NCBI RefSeq assembly: GCF_026571515.1
Contig: NW_026866080.1
Coordinates: 744,001 to 806,917 of the forward strand
Length of the DNA stretch: 62,917 bases
Reading direction: 5' to 3'
Source: Ruditapes philippinarum
Lineage: Eukaryota
Of this stretch, positions 14,401 to 27,319 are shown piece by piece. The notes beneath the pieces are model-generated. The model worked only from the letters and a program-made list of their open reading frames with translations. It was not told the origin of the DNA and did not search any database. The position numbers and the translations under genes are program-made. The first letter of the stretch is position 1; the number at the start of each line of letters is the position of its first letter.

Positions 14401-16398
14401 CTATTCCACAAGAAACTCTTAACAAGAGCTGTCGGTAGGACAGCAACGCTCGACTATTCTTAGTGCTTGATAGTAAAAAAAAATGCTTGATACAGTTACC
14501 ATCTCCTGTTTACAGGTTGGGGTCATGATGGTGAACAAGTGTGCAAAGTTTCAAAGCCATATGTCAATGGACTTTGAAAATATTTGAATTATTACAAAAA
14601 CTTTAACGTAAATTCTAAGTTGAAAAAGGGGCATAATTCTGTCAAAATGCTTGATAGAGTTACCTCCTCCTGTCTACAGGTTAGGGTTATGATGGTAAAC
14701 AAGTGTGCAAAGTTTCAAAGCCATATGTCAATGGACTTTGAAAATATTTGAACTATTACTAAAACTTTAACGTAAATTCTAAGTCGAAAAAGGAGCATAA
14801 TTCTGTCAAAATGCTTGATAGAGTTACCTCCTCCTGTCTACAGGTTGGGGTCATGATGGTGAACAAGTGTGCAAAGTTTCAAAGCCATATGTCAATGGAC
14901 TTTGAAAATATTTGAACTATTACAAAAACTTTAACATAAATTCTAAGTCGAAAAAGGGGGATAATTCTGTCAAAATGCTTGATACAGTTACCTCCTCCTG
15001 TCTACAGGTTGGGGTCATGATGGTGAACAAGTGTGCAAAGTTTCAAAGCCATATGTCAATGGACTTTGAAAATATTTGAACTATTACAAAAACTTTAACA
15101 TAAGTGGTTACGGCGACGCCGACGCTCGGGTGACTACAATAGCTCTACTTATTCTTATCGAATAGTCGAGCTAAAAATGTCAGTGTTAGCATTCACTTCA
15201 TTTGATATAATATATTGATCTCAAATTTTTATTTGCTGTATCAAATAGACTGAATCTGAAACCTAATTTCGAACATATAGACTGCCTAATAATTTCTGAT
15301 AGGTGAAAATATTCACCATTTCGTCGCCATCTTGCCAAAATGTTTGATCATGTGACTACGAGATGAACCTTTACGGGTTATTTATGCGTAGACAGTTAAG
15401 AAAACAGTACTATATGCTTTTAACCTTCTTTACAAATTACTTTTTTTCTCTCAAAAATTATAAAAGATGATCTGCCGATTTATAATTTACTTTTTTATTT
15501 AAGTATGAAAAATAAAAATAGAAGTAAACAAAAGCTTTAGGTGATCCCATGTGTTGCCTTATGATAGTCTATTGCATGTTGCACTTTTACTTCTGTGTAG
15601 CAGGAGGCACCAAAGTCATGCAAAATGCGTTTTTAATTCAATGGCTATAACTTGGCCAAAATTATTCAACCGGAAAACCTGCATAACATGCCCAAGTACT
15701 TGAGCTACCAATCAATCCTGTAAAGTTTCATTAAAATTGCATTAGTGGTATAAGAATAGCAGTCCAAATAAACTTTAAAAATAAAAATTATTAAAGGGCC
15801 ATAACTCTGACAAAAATCATTCAACTGATAATTGCCGACAATATGCACAACCACACTTGGTACTGATCATCCTTTTAAAGTTTGGATTAAATTGCATCAG
15901 TAGTTTTTCATAAAATTCTGTCATGTCAAGAAAGATGCTCTATATATAGTATGTGCCTGTACTCTAAGCGATTCCTCTTAACTATATGATACATTGGTCT
16001 TCTGTAACTCCTAATTATAATTAACTTGGACCATGGTCAACATCTGCCTGTTGATTTTTCCTTTCTATCTCTCTATCTTCCATTAATGTCAAACCTCTCG
16101 TGGAGAGATAGACATGACTCTAGATTAGTCACTTCAGAGGAAGCTATGAGATACAAGACTAGTGCACCCCTAGTTAGGTAGGAAAAACTGAGTGTCTCTG
16201 AAAAATCCAAAGGGTGTTACCCTGTCCCAGGATCGAACCCGGGATAATTAGGAAAAGGATATAAAATTTGCAAATAATTTATCAATGCAGCCTACAAACC
16301 TGGCACCCTCCCCACACAATCATTAAGTCATTCGCTGCCACAGCAACATGTCCAGCCCTTGGTGGAACAGTTTCAAAAGTAAAGGTAGTTGCATTCAT
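2411..16398 (-). CDS. KLHDC2: Kelch domain-containing protein 2/1-like, paralog A (exons 1-8 seen; exon 5 damaged; possibly a pseudogene)
   Basis: Exons 16398-16300 (MNATTFTFETVPPRAGHVAVAANDLMIVWGGCQ), 14132-14050, 13662-13438 (GDIPPGTSGASG...FGG...SPRDKF), 11258-11165 (LYYFGGFG), 9827-~9757 (WNNQLLVYD; donor lost), 8804-8665 (PRAAH...LFGGRHGDIRMND), 3810-3698 (GRSWHTFT), 2571-2411 (KPREWHTA...IFGG). Exon sizes match paralog B except exon 5. Exons 9-10 were not found in the window. Confidence 0.8.
2657..3630 (-). mobile_element. HINE-like element with internal tandem repeats
   Basis: Starts aacaagaaggccaagatggcc (hairpin), has repeated gtgacctagtttttgaccc units, and ends aagctcacc...gatgagc plus A-run. 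Confidence 0.6.
4291..8522 (-). mobile_element. Nested stack of HINE-like elements
   Basis: Three aacaagagc starts (~4292, ~5020, ~5977), each with a different internal tandem unit. Matching microsatellite/hairpin ends occur at ~6575-6620, ~8080-8133 and ~8460-8522. Confidence 0.6.
6860..8011. mobile_element. Non-autonomous TIR element (hAT-like CAGG termini, 5-bp TSD)
   Basis: TIRs caggcctcgacattagc / gttagtgtcgaggcctg, TSD tgaat on both sides, and subterminal gaccacc repeats. Confidence 0.8.
8790..9372. repeat. ~39-40 bp minisatellite derived from the KLHDC exon-6 acceptor junction
   Basis: Unit ggtactggtccatgaaacagacagaaggtacatgaatttataaa, repeated roughly 14 times. A related array lies at 35780-36060. 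Confidence 0.8.
9524..9755. mobile_element. Palindromic MITE (right end truncated)
   Basis: Near-perfect ~100-bp inverted arms (gcgaccagcatggatccagaccagcctgc). Same family as 12763-13005 but lacking the last ~10 nt. Confidence 0.85.
11388..11592 (+). mobile_element. tRNA-derived SINE-like repeat (3' part)
   Basis: Core ctttcatgtgaggaagc...gcacctgaggtct.tctccacca followed by a (CAAA)n tail. Related copies occur at ~43110-43210 (minus), ~53445-53720 and ~54020-54240. Confidence 0.6.
11753..12240 (-). mobile_element. HINE/Helentron-associated element
   Basis: Hairpin gctgt..gtaggacagc, subterminal inverted repeat ctcgactattc/gaatagtcgag, and a terminal A-run. Confidence 0.7.
12763..13005. mobile_element. 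Palindromic MITE (complete)
   Basis: Termini atatgagc...gctcatat with long inverted arms. Confidence 0.85.
14421..15177 (-). mobile_element. HINE/Helentron-associated element with ~164-bp internal tandem array
   Basis: Start aacaagagctgtcggtaggacagc, about 4 units of caggttggggtcatgatggtgaacaagtgtgc, (GACGCC)n, and end gaatagtcgagctaaaaa. Confidence 0.8.
15919..16118. mobile_element. Possible solo LTR
   Basis: Inverted ends tgtcatgtc...gacatgac and short motifs (atatgtgc-like, tatgatacattg) shared with LTR 1717-1897. No TSD found. Confidence 0.3.
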
Positions 16399-18655
16399 GG
16401 ATGGGCTCCAAATCTTATTTACACAAACTGAAAGTGAAATGTGTTGACAACTTCTGACACATCACATGGAAGCTTGAAATATCGCCTACACTACAACGAT
16501 TAAAAAAATCTTACGAATAAATATAATATTGTTATCGTCTCAAGCATTTTTTCGTGACAGTCGTTCTAGAAATGACTGGTTAATGATTCGATGATTCTTA
16601 AGGTGATCCTGGATGTGATGAAGTGTAGTACTTTTGAATTAATTTCGTAACAGTCGCGTAAAATTCTGGGCAGAAAACTGTTTTTGAATACTTCAGTTCT
16701 TGCCTACATGTATGTATACATTGTATTATCCATTTTATTATGGTGGCAAACGTTTTATGTAACAAATAGGATTTCATGCCGAAATGTCTAAGCCTTTGCA
16801 GAATATAATAGTTTACTGCATATTCTTTTGTTTTGTTTTTTTGTTTGTTTTTTTTTTGGGGTGGGGGTTCGAGTTTTGAATAGCCACCGTGTATATCTAG
16901 TAACGCAGGAATGTGAAAATAACGCAGAAATTGTGCAAAAGTAACGCAGAATTGTGCAATTTAGTGGCTAAAACGAGCACCGCCATAAGTAAATGGTCCA
17001 ATATTTTTTATTGTACACCAAATTGGAATAAATGAGTTAGCGCATACGGTTGCTGAGACATTATATATCCGTTAAACCTCATCAAAAATATTTCCATGAA
17101 AAAGTTTATTTTTCAAGATCATTCGCGAAAATAAGAACCTGACTAGCGTATTTATGGCGATTTTTGTTTCGTTGATATCTTTAAATACAATAACGTACGT
17201 ATTACTTTATGATTTTTTATATTCGGTGTTCCTGAGTCATTTTCCAATCTACTCATGCATGTCATATATTACACTTGATGTAACAGATAAAATGTAATTG
17301 AGACCATTTTTACGAGTTAACGCCGGATTCGTGAATGAAGCACTGACTCAACGGCGGTTATCTCATTAAAAGTAGCTAAATCCTATTTTACCAGCTTCCT
17401 TCATATTGTAAAAGTTTTAAAAATATTTAACAAATTTTTCTATCAATCCCAATCTCAAATTGGAGATACTTCTGGAAAAAAAGATAGGTGTTAGACTTAT
17501 AAATTTAAAATTATAAGATGTAGATGTTGAAAAGTAGATCAGTGACTTTAATTGTCAATTTTTTAGACTTAAGATAAATGTTGTTTGTTATCACTCACAT
17601 ATGTCTGTAAACGTGTTCATAAATGAGTTTAAAATTTCGTCATTTTGATGTTAAAATGTTGAATTCTGGTTAAACCGTTGCTGGGGGGGGGGGGGGGGGT
17701 GGCGTTTTCATAAAACATCAATTACCAAGATATGTTTTTTTGTCATTTTTGTCTCTTTTCATAGACATGATTTTCTATGATATATTGTGCAGCAATCGAT
17801 TGGAGATAAGCTCAGAATTGTTTTACCCGCAACCAACTGATATACTTGCAAACAGTTAACATATGTGTTTATAATTTAACTAAATATCATCATCAAGCCA
17901 TCATCATCATCATCATCATCATAATCATAATCAATGATCATCATCATCATCATGATCATAATTGATCATCATCATAAAAAGTAACAATCGCAACACGAAT
18001 TTTAACTACTTTTGGATATTAAAATTGATATTTCTAATAATATCAGGACATTTTACTTTCTTCATTTTACTTATGAATTAATTTATGCTGATATTTTTTT
18101 AATAAATTCATAGATTTTTGCCATATAAGGTGTAGAGCACTATAACAGAGGCAAAACGTGCATGTATTCGAAAGTCATTAAACGAAAGGAATTGTTTCAG
18201 CTCGCAAGACAGCTAGGGCACAATGATATGTCCATCTATTGTGGAATACTAGTATTTGTAAATAAAAAACCAATGACTTCCCTTCAAATGTCACTATTTA
18301 TTCACTTTAAAAGAGAAAAAAGAGTAATTGTTTTCTAACATTTTATTATTTGTAAAATCAGTTTAACAACATATATATAAAACATAACGATAAAAGCACA
18401 ACAGGAAAATGCATAACAATATTCGTTTAACATGATGAATACCTCGACAACTCCGTGATACACACAAGACAGACAGAAAAAGCAAGATGTAGTGTAAAAA
18501 AGAAAGAAATGTCTATCACAGTGGTTATTCAAATCACAGTCTGATGTTTGTTCGAAATAACACAACAATTTCTTCATTTCAAACGAAAGTATCAGATTTT
18601 GACATTCAAGCACAGTTTGTTGATATTAAATGGAACACAGTCATCCTATATCAAA

Positions 18656-20339
18656 TCAAAATCTTAGCCGAAGTCCCTTGCCAATATCTGACGTTTTGCG
18701 TGGTCTGTCGCCTGCTGACCATGACTTTGATTTTACCCGGAAGTGACGCAAGTCGTCTCTGTGTTCCTTGTGCAACATTGGTTTGTACGTCTGTGGGAAA
18801 CATTGTTCCTGGAAGAAAAACAGATGAAAGTGAAATTTTGATAACCTTATATTAATTACAGTTTCATTTTAATTTATAGATCGTGAAGCTTATTATTTTG
18901 ATATATTAAATTAGAAGCAATGTTTGCATTAAAAACTGCATAAATTTACTTTTAGACATGATCAAGATGAAATATTTTCTATGAATAAATTTATAAGCAA
19001 ATGATTTGAAAGGTTTCAAAATTTTTACAAAGATATCAATGTTTAAATTTAATCAAAGGCTTACCTTGTTTGTGTTGAAGAAAGCTTTATAACCTCCTTC
19101 TAAGAGATAAATCTCGGGAAAGTTGAGTCGAGGGTAGTTGTCTTTGTTCAAATCTCGATCTAGAGCCCTTAAGTGGCGATACCTGAAACAAATATTTCAT
19201 TTTTATTAAACTCCAATAAATAATTGAAAGAAATAAGAAATGAAAGAAAGATTAAAACTCTTTATCGGAGATGACATTGTTGTGATGAATTGAAACATGG
19301 AATATATCTTTTCCGTGTTGAATACATTACTTAAATATGGTTAATATAATTGGTAAACTTAATGAATGTATAATGCTGAAGTTCTCTTACATTTTTGGTC
19401 CTCTTTCAGAAGAAAATTCGCAGTGGAAAATGAGAACATGGTTGTTTGTTGGTGACGTCACTGTTTCTTGGATGAATTGTTTTATCGATTCTTTAGTAAA
19501 TAAATTGACAGCTCCCTGAAAAATAGATAGAATAAATTTATAACAACGTAAAATATCAGTAAAGTTAAAAAAAAATATGCTATAATAATTGACGTCGATA
19601 ACTAAATAATTACATATAAAATGTAAAATATCACTTAAAAGAGCACAACATTGGATCCGCAAATTCTATATTAGTACTAACATAATGATTCTTTTGAATT
19701 TACCTTTATATGACCGCCTCCGAATTCATACGGATATCTACAGTCTATAATCGTTACTTTGTCAACACTGCTGTCGTAGACGCCGTCCAGGACGTCAGAC
19801 ATCGTTTCCGGTGAGATGGCGCTAAGATCGCTATGCTTTCCTGGAATTGTGGGTAGAATATTGACACGTGATCCGTCTGCAATAAGGTCAGATTCTGTAG
19901 ACAGCTTATCAACAGCTTGTATGATGCTCGATATTGGGCTAAGAGTTGTCACTTCTGGTTTGGGTGTTGATGTGAAGCAATGAAATCGTCTTCTCTTCAG
20001 TGTAGGGGTTAAATCGAGACTTTCCGCTTGGCGTTTAACAGGTCCTTTCACATCATTTGCAGTTATTCCAAAATCTAACCTCGTTCTGAAAATATTTAAA
20101 TAAATTTTAGTTACAATAAATGGAAGATGAAAGAGAAAAAATGGCACACGTTTATCATATTGTAAATAATAATTACTGAGAATTCATTTTATATAAAATA
20201 AAATCTACTGCAACGTTTATGTTATATCATGATTTTATATTGTCTGAACTTGAAAATTAATTCAATATTATATAATAGTTGTTTACCTTGTGTTTCTTGC
20301 CAAAGTTACGTCAGTGAAATCTGAAGGTAGCGGAGGCAT
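18656..20339 (-). CDS. CDC25: M-phase inducer phosphatase (Cdc25-like), copy 1, 276 aa
   Basis: Exons 20339-20287, 20085-19704 (IIDCRYPYEFGGGHIK), 19515-19391 (IFHCEFSSERGP, intact HCX5R), 19182-19065 (YPRLNFPEIYLLEGGYKAFF), 18808-18656 (YKPMLH...FRVKSKSW...stop). All junctions are GT-AG and in phase. The start exon is less certain. Confidence 0.93.
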
Positions 20340-21244
20340 TGTTGATATTATTTCTTTCTGTTTGTGAATGTAAATATATAAGATCAGAAGGTTGAATGAT
20401 GAAAAATTCCATATTTTTTCTTTATATACCATTTGAAAAATTTTGCCTACAGAAATTTTGAAAACAGCTCATTGAATTAGCAAACTGTGACGAGATTGTT
20501 TGATTGTTTTGATAACATTGAGCTAGTACAGTCGCCGCCGTCATCGCCCCGACCGGTGTTAAAAACATCACAGCGGCATAATTAACTCGCCATCAAATTA
20601 TTATTAGTATCTATTGTTATGATAATTAGCGATGATTACAGATCAATATTGTTTCTGATAGTTCACGAACTTCTCATTAGATCAAATATCGATTAAAGGT
20701 ATTTGGTAAAAAAAAATCTTGTCTGATTTATATCTTAAAGAAAATATTTTTATTACATATTTAGACTTTATCTGCAAAGTCGAAATTTTTGTTTTACATT
20801 TCATAACGAAATCAATAGTTGGGAAAAATATGTTATGTCTTTAATAGTTTTGTTGGCTTACGGACGAATCGTCCACTTCCATTCATGAGTAAATGTTAAT
20901 AATTTGTTAAATACCGAGTAAATATAAGACTGTTTTACAGCGTAAATTAAAATGACAATACAGAAGCTGTAAAGAAAACGAAAAAATATTATCGAAGTAA
21001 GAGACGTGTGAACATAACAGTATAAACACGAGTACATTTGTATTACACAATGCAACAAATTTTGTACATTTCTCAATTATCAATTATTTCAATAATACTA
21101 GTATTATGTGACGTCACGATACGAATTCAATATTTATTTTATTCATTTATTTACGTATTATCATGGCATTACTGTGCATCAGATATACAGCATAAAAAAT
21201 AAGTGTCATTCAATATTGTCTAAAGTTCTTTAATCATTGCAAAT

Positions 21245-21492
21245 TGATCATCATCTTCTTTGATCATCATCATCATCGACATCACCAACATCACCATCAT
21301 CAACAAGCTATCATCATCATCATTATCATCATCAACAACACCACCAACATTATCATCATTGATCATTTTTATTGATCATCCTCATCACCATTGTCAAACC
21401 CGTCATCATCAAGCCATCATCGTCACTGATCATCATCATAATCATAATCAATGATCATCATCATCATCATGATCATAATTGATCATCATCAT
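21245..21492. repeat. Imperfect (ATC)n microsatellite at the unit junction
   Basis: catcat runs, with homologous tracts at 17886-17975, 24755-24965 and 28465-28540. Confidence 0.9.
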
Positions 21493-22171
21493 AAAAAGTA
21501 ACAATCGCAACACGAATTTTAACTACTTTTGGATATTAAAATTGATATTTCTAATAATATCAGGACATTTTACTTTCTTCATTTTACTTATGAATTAATT
21601 TATGCTGATATTTTTTTACTAAATTCATAGATTTTTGCCATATAAGGTGTAGAGCACTATAACAGAGGCAAAACGTGCATGTATTCGAAAGTCATTAAAC
21701 GAAAGGAATTGTTTCAGCTCGCAAGACAGCTAGGGCACAATGATATGTCCATCTATTGTGGAATACTAGTATTTGTAAATAAAAAACAATGACTTCCCTT
21801 CAAATGTCACTATTTATTCACTTTTAAAAGAGAAAAAAGAGTAATTGTTTTCTAACATTTTATTATTTGTAAAATCAGTTTAACAACATATATATAAAAC
21901 ATAACGTTAAAAGCACAACAGGAAAATGCATAACAATATTCGTTTAACATGATGAATACCTCGACAACTCCGTGATAAAAGACAGACAGAAAAAGCAAGA
22001 TGTAGTGTAAAAAAGAAAGAAATATGTCTATCACAGTGGTTATTCAAATCACAGTCTGATGTTTGTTCGAAATAACATAAAAAAATTCTTCATTTCAAAC
22101 GAAAGTGTCAGATTTTGACATTCAAGCACAGTTTGTTGATATTTAATGGAACACAGTCATCCTATTTCAAA

Positions 22172-23854
22172 TCAAAATCTTAGCCGAAGTCCCTTGCCAA
22201 TATCTGACGTTTTGCGTGGTCTGTCGCCTGCTGACCATGACTTTGATTTTACCCGGAAGTGACGCAAGTCGTCTCTGTGTTCCTTGTGCAACATTGGTTT
22301 GTACGTCTGTGGGAAACATTGTTCCTGGAAGAAAAACAGATGAAAGTGAAATTTTGATAACCTTATATTAATTACAGTTTCATTTTAATTTATAGATCGT
22401 GAAGCTTATTATTTTGATATATTAATTTAGAGGCAATGTTTGCATTAAAAACTGCATAAATTTACTTTTAGACATGATCAAGATGAAATATTTTCTATGA
22501 ATAAATTTATAAGCAAATGATTTGAAAGGTCTCAAAAATTTTACAAAGATATCAATGTTTAAATTTAATCAAAGGCTTACCTTGTTTGTGTTGAAGAAAG
22601 CTTTATAACCTCCTTCTAAGAGATAAATCTCGGGAAAGTTGAGTCGAGGGTAGTTGTCTTTGTTCAAATCTCGATCTAGAGCCCTTAAGTGGCGATACCT
22701 GAAACAAATATTTCATTTTTATTAAACTCCAATAAATAATTGAAAGAAATAAGAAATGAAAGAAAGATTAAAACTCTTTATCGGAGATTACGTTGTTGTG
22801 ATGAATTGAAACATGGAATGTATCTTTTCCGTGTTGAATACATTACTTAAATATGGTAAATATAATTGGTAAACTTAATGAATGTATAATGCTGAAGTTC
22901 TCTTACATTTTTGGTCCTCTTTCAGAAGAAAATTCGCAGTGGAAAATGAGAACATGGTTGTTTGTTGGTGACGTCACTGTTTCTTGGATGAATTGTTTTA
23001 TCGATTCTTTAGTAAATAAATTGACAGCTCCCTGAAAAATAGATAGAATAAATTTATAACAACGTAAAATATCAGTAAAGTTAAAAAAAATATGCTATAA
23101 TAATTGACGTCGATAACTAAATAATTACATATAAAATGTAAAATATCACTTAAAAGAGCACAACATTGGATCCGCAAATTCTATATTAGTACTAACATAA
23201 TGATTCTTTTGAATTTACCTTAATATGACCGCCTCCGAATTCATACGGATATCTACAGTCTATAATCGTTACTTTGTCAACACTGCTGTCGTAGACGCCG
23301 TCCAGGACGTCAGACATCGTTTCCGGTGAGATGGCGCTAAGATCGCTATGCTTTCCTGGAATTGTGGGTAGAATATTGACACGTGATCCGTCTGCAATAA
23401 GGTCAGATTCTGTAGACAGCTTATCAACAGCTTGTATGATGCTCGATATTGGGCTAAGAGTTGTCACTTCTGGTTTGGGTGTTGATGTGAAGCAATGAAA
23501 TCGTCTTCTCTTCAGTGTAGGGGTTAAATCGAGACTTTCCGCTTGGCGTTTAACAGGTCCTTTCACATCATTTGCAGTTATTCCAAAATCTAACCTCGTT
23601 CTGAAAATATTTAAATAAATTTTAGTTACAATAAATGGAAGATGAAAGAGAAAAAATGGCACACGTTTATCATATTGTAAATAATAATTACTGAGAATTC
23701 ATTTTATATAAAATAAAATCTACTGCAACGTTTATGTTATATCATGATTTTATATTATCTGAACTTGAAAATTAATTCAATATTATATAATATTTGTTTA
23801 CCTTGTGTTTCTTGCCAAAGTTACGTCAGTGAAATCTGAAGGTAGCGGAGGCAT
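22172..23854 (-). CDS. CDC25: M-phase inducer phosphatase (Cdc25-like), copy 2, 276 aa
   Basis: Exons 23854-23802, 23600-23219, 23031-22907, 22698-22581, 22324-22172. The protein appears identical to copy 1. Confidence 0.93.
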
Positions 23855-25636
23855 TGTTGATATTATTTCTTTCTGTTTGTGAATGTAAATATATAAGATC
23901 AGAAGGTGAATGATGAAAAATTCCATATTTTTTCTTTATATACCATTTGAAAAATTTTGCCTACAGAAATTTTGAAAACAGCTCAATGAATTAGCAAACT
24001 GTGACGAGATTGTTTGATTGATTTTGATAACATTGAGCTAGTACAGTCGCCGCCGTCAACGCCCCGACCGGCGTTAAAAACATCACAGCGGCATAATTAA
24101 CTCGCCATCAAATTATTATTAGTATCTATTGTTATGATAATTAGCGATGATTACAGATCAATATTGTTTCTGATAGTTCACGAACTTCTCATTAGATCAA
24201 ATATCGATTAAAGGTATTTGGTAAAAAAAAATCTTGTCTGATTTATATCTTAAAGAAAATATTTTTATTACATATTTAGACTTTATCTGCAAAGTCGAAA
24301 TTTTGGTTTTACATTTCATTACGAAATCAATAGTTAGAAAAAATATCTTATGTCTTTAGTAATTTTGTTGGCTTACGGACGAATCGTCCACTTCCATTCA
24401 TGAGTAAATGTTAATAATTTGTTCAATACCGAGTAAATATAAGACTGTTTTACAGCGTAAATTAAAATGACAATACAGAAGCTATAAAGAAAACGAAAAA
24501 ATATTATCGGAAGTAAGAGACGCGTGAACATAACAGTATAAACACGAGTATTACACAATGCAACAAATTTTGTACATTTCTCAATTATCAATTTTTTCAA
24601 TAATACTAGTATTATGTGACGTCACGATACGAATTCAATATTTATTTTATTCATTTATTTACGTATTATCATGACATTACTGTGCATCAGATATACAGCA
24701 TAAAAAATAAGTGTCATTCAATATTGTCTAAAGTTCTTTAAGCATTGCAAATTGATCATCATCTTCTTTGATCATCATCGACATCACCATCATCAACAAC
24801 CTATCATCATCATCATCATTATTATCATCATCAACAACAACACCACCAACATTATCATCATTAATCATTTTTATTGATCATCCTCATCACCATTGTCAAA
24901 CCCGTCAGCATCAAGCCATCATCGTCACTGATCATCATCATAATCATAATCATTGATCATCATCATAAAAAGTAACAAACGCAACACGAATTTTAACTAC
25001 TTTTGGATATTAAAATTGATATTTCTAATAATATTAGGACATTTTACATTCTTCATTTTACTTATGAAGTAATTTATGCTGATATTTACTAAATTCATAG
25101 ATTTTTGCCATATAAGGTGTAGAGCACTATAACAGAGGCAAAACGTGCATGTATTCGAAAGTCATTAAACGAAAGAAATTGTTTCAGCTCGCAAGACAGC
25201 TAGGGCACAATGATATGTCCATCTATTGTGGAATACTAGTATTTGTAAATAAAAAACAATGACTTCCCTTCAAATGTCACTATTTATTCACTTTAAAAGA
25301 GAAAAAAGAGTAATTGTTTTCTAACATTTTATTATTTGTAAAATCAGTTTAACAACATGTATATAAAACATAACGTTAAAAGCACAACAGGAAAATGCAT
25401 AACAATATTCGTTTAACATGATGAATACCTCGACAACTCCAAAAAAGACAGACAGAAAAAGCAAGATGTAGTGTAAAAAAGAAAGAAATATGTCTATCAC
25501 AGTTGTTATTCAAATCACAGTCTGATGTTTGTTCGAAATAACATAAAAATTTCTTCATTTCAAACGAAAGTATCAGATTTTGACATTCAAGCACAGTTTG
25601 TTGATATTAAATGGAACACAGTCATCCTATATCAAA

Positions 25637-27319
25637 TCAAAATCTTAGCCGAAGTCCCTTGCCAATATCTGACGTTTTGCGTGGTCTGTCGCCTGCTGAC
25701 CATGACTTTGATTTTACCCGGAAGTGACGCAAGTCGTCTCTGTGTTCCTTGTGCAACATTGGTTTGTAAGTCTGTGGGAAACATTGTTCCTGGAAGAAAA
25801 ACAGATGAAAGTGAAATTTTGATAACCTTATATTAATTACAGTTTCATTTTAATTTATAGATCGTGAAGCTTATTATTTTGATATATTAATTTAGAGGCA
25901 ATGTTTGCATTAAAAACTGCATAAATTTACTTTTAGACATGATCAAGATGAAATATTTTCTATGAATAAATTTATAAGCAAATGATTTGAAAGGTCTCAA
26001 AATTTTTACAAAGATATCAATGTTTAAATTTAATCAAAGGCTTACCTTGTTTGTGTTGAAGAAAGCTTTATAACCTCCTTCTAAGAGATAAATCTCGGGA
26101 AAGTTGAGTCGAGGGTAGTTGTCTTTGTTCAAATCTCGATCTAGAGCCCTTAAGTGGCGATACCTGAAACAAATATTTCATTTTTATTAAACTCCAATAA
26201 ATAATTGAAAGAAATAAGAAATGAAAGAAAGATTAAAACTCTTTATCGGAGATGACATTGTTGTGATGAATTGAAACATGGAATATATCTTTTCCGTGTT
26301 GAATACATTACTTAAATATGGTTAATATAATTGGTAAACTTAATGAATGTATAATGCTGAAGTTCTCTTACATTTTTGGTCCTCTTTCAGAAGAAAATTC
26401 GCAGTGGAAAATGAGAACATGATTGTTTGTTGGTGACGTCACTGTTTCTTGGATGAATTGTTTTATCGATTCTTTAGTAAATAAATTGACAGCTCCCTGA
26501 AATATAGATAGAATAAATTTATAACAACGTAAAATACCAGTAAAGTTAAAAAAATTATGCTACAATAATTGACGTCGATAACTAAATAATTACATATAAA
26601 ATGTAAAATATCACTTAAAAGAGCACAACATTGGATCCGAAAATTCTATATTAGTACTAACATAATGATTCTTTTGAATTTACCTTAATATGACCGCCTC
26701 CGAATTCATACGGATATCTACAATCTATAACCGTTACTTTGTCAACACTGCTGTCGTAGACGCCGTCCAGGACGTCAGACATCGTTTCCGGTGAGATGGC
26801 GCTAAGATCGCTATGCTTTCCTGGAATTGTGGGTAGAATATTGACACGTGATCCGTCTGCAATAAGGTCAGATTCTGTAGACAGCTTATCAACAGCTTGT
26901 ATGATGCTGGATATTGGGCTAAAAGTTGTCACTTCTGGTTTGGGTGTTGATGTGAAGCATTGAAATCGTTTTCTCTTCATTGTAGGAGTTAAATCGAGAC
27001 TTTCCGCTTGGCGTTTAACAGGTCCTTTCACATCATTTCCAGTTATTCCAAAATCTAACCTCGTTCTGAAAATATTTAAATAAATTTTAGTTACAATAAA
27101 TGGAAGATGAAAGAGAAAAAATGGCACACGTTGATCATATTGTAAATAATAATTACTGAGAATTCATTTTATATAAAAAAAAATCTACTGCAACGTTTAT
27201 GTTATATCATGATTTTATATTGTCTGAACTTGAAAATTAATTCAATATTATATAATAGTTGTTTACCTTGTGTTTCTTGCCAAAGTTACGTCAGTAAAAT
27301 CTGAAGGTAGCGGAGGCAT
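25637..27319 (-). CDS. CDC25: M-phase inducer phosphatase (Cdc25-like), copy 3, 276 aa
   Basis: Exons 27319-27267, 27065-26684, 26496-26372, 26163-26046, 25789-25637. Six amino-acid changes versus copy 1 in exon 2. The catalytic motif is intact. Confidence 0.93.

Noticed and set aside
18544-18855. Plus-strand 103-aa ORF (also 25525-25836)
   Set aside because: Antisense shadow of Cdc25 exon 5; broken by a stop in copy 2.
21260-21454. His/Ile/Ser-rich ORFs (also 24768-24956)
   Set aside because: They are translations of the (ATC)n microsatellite.
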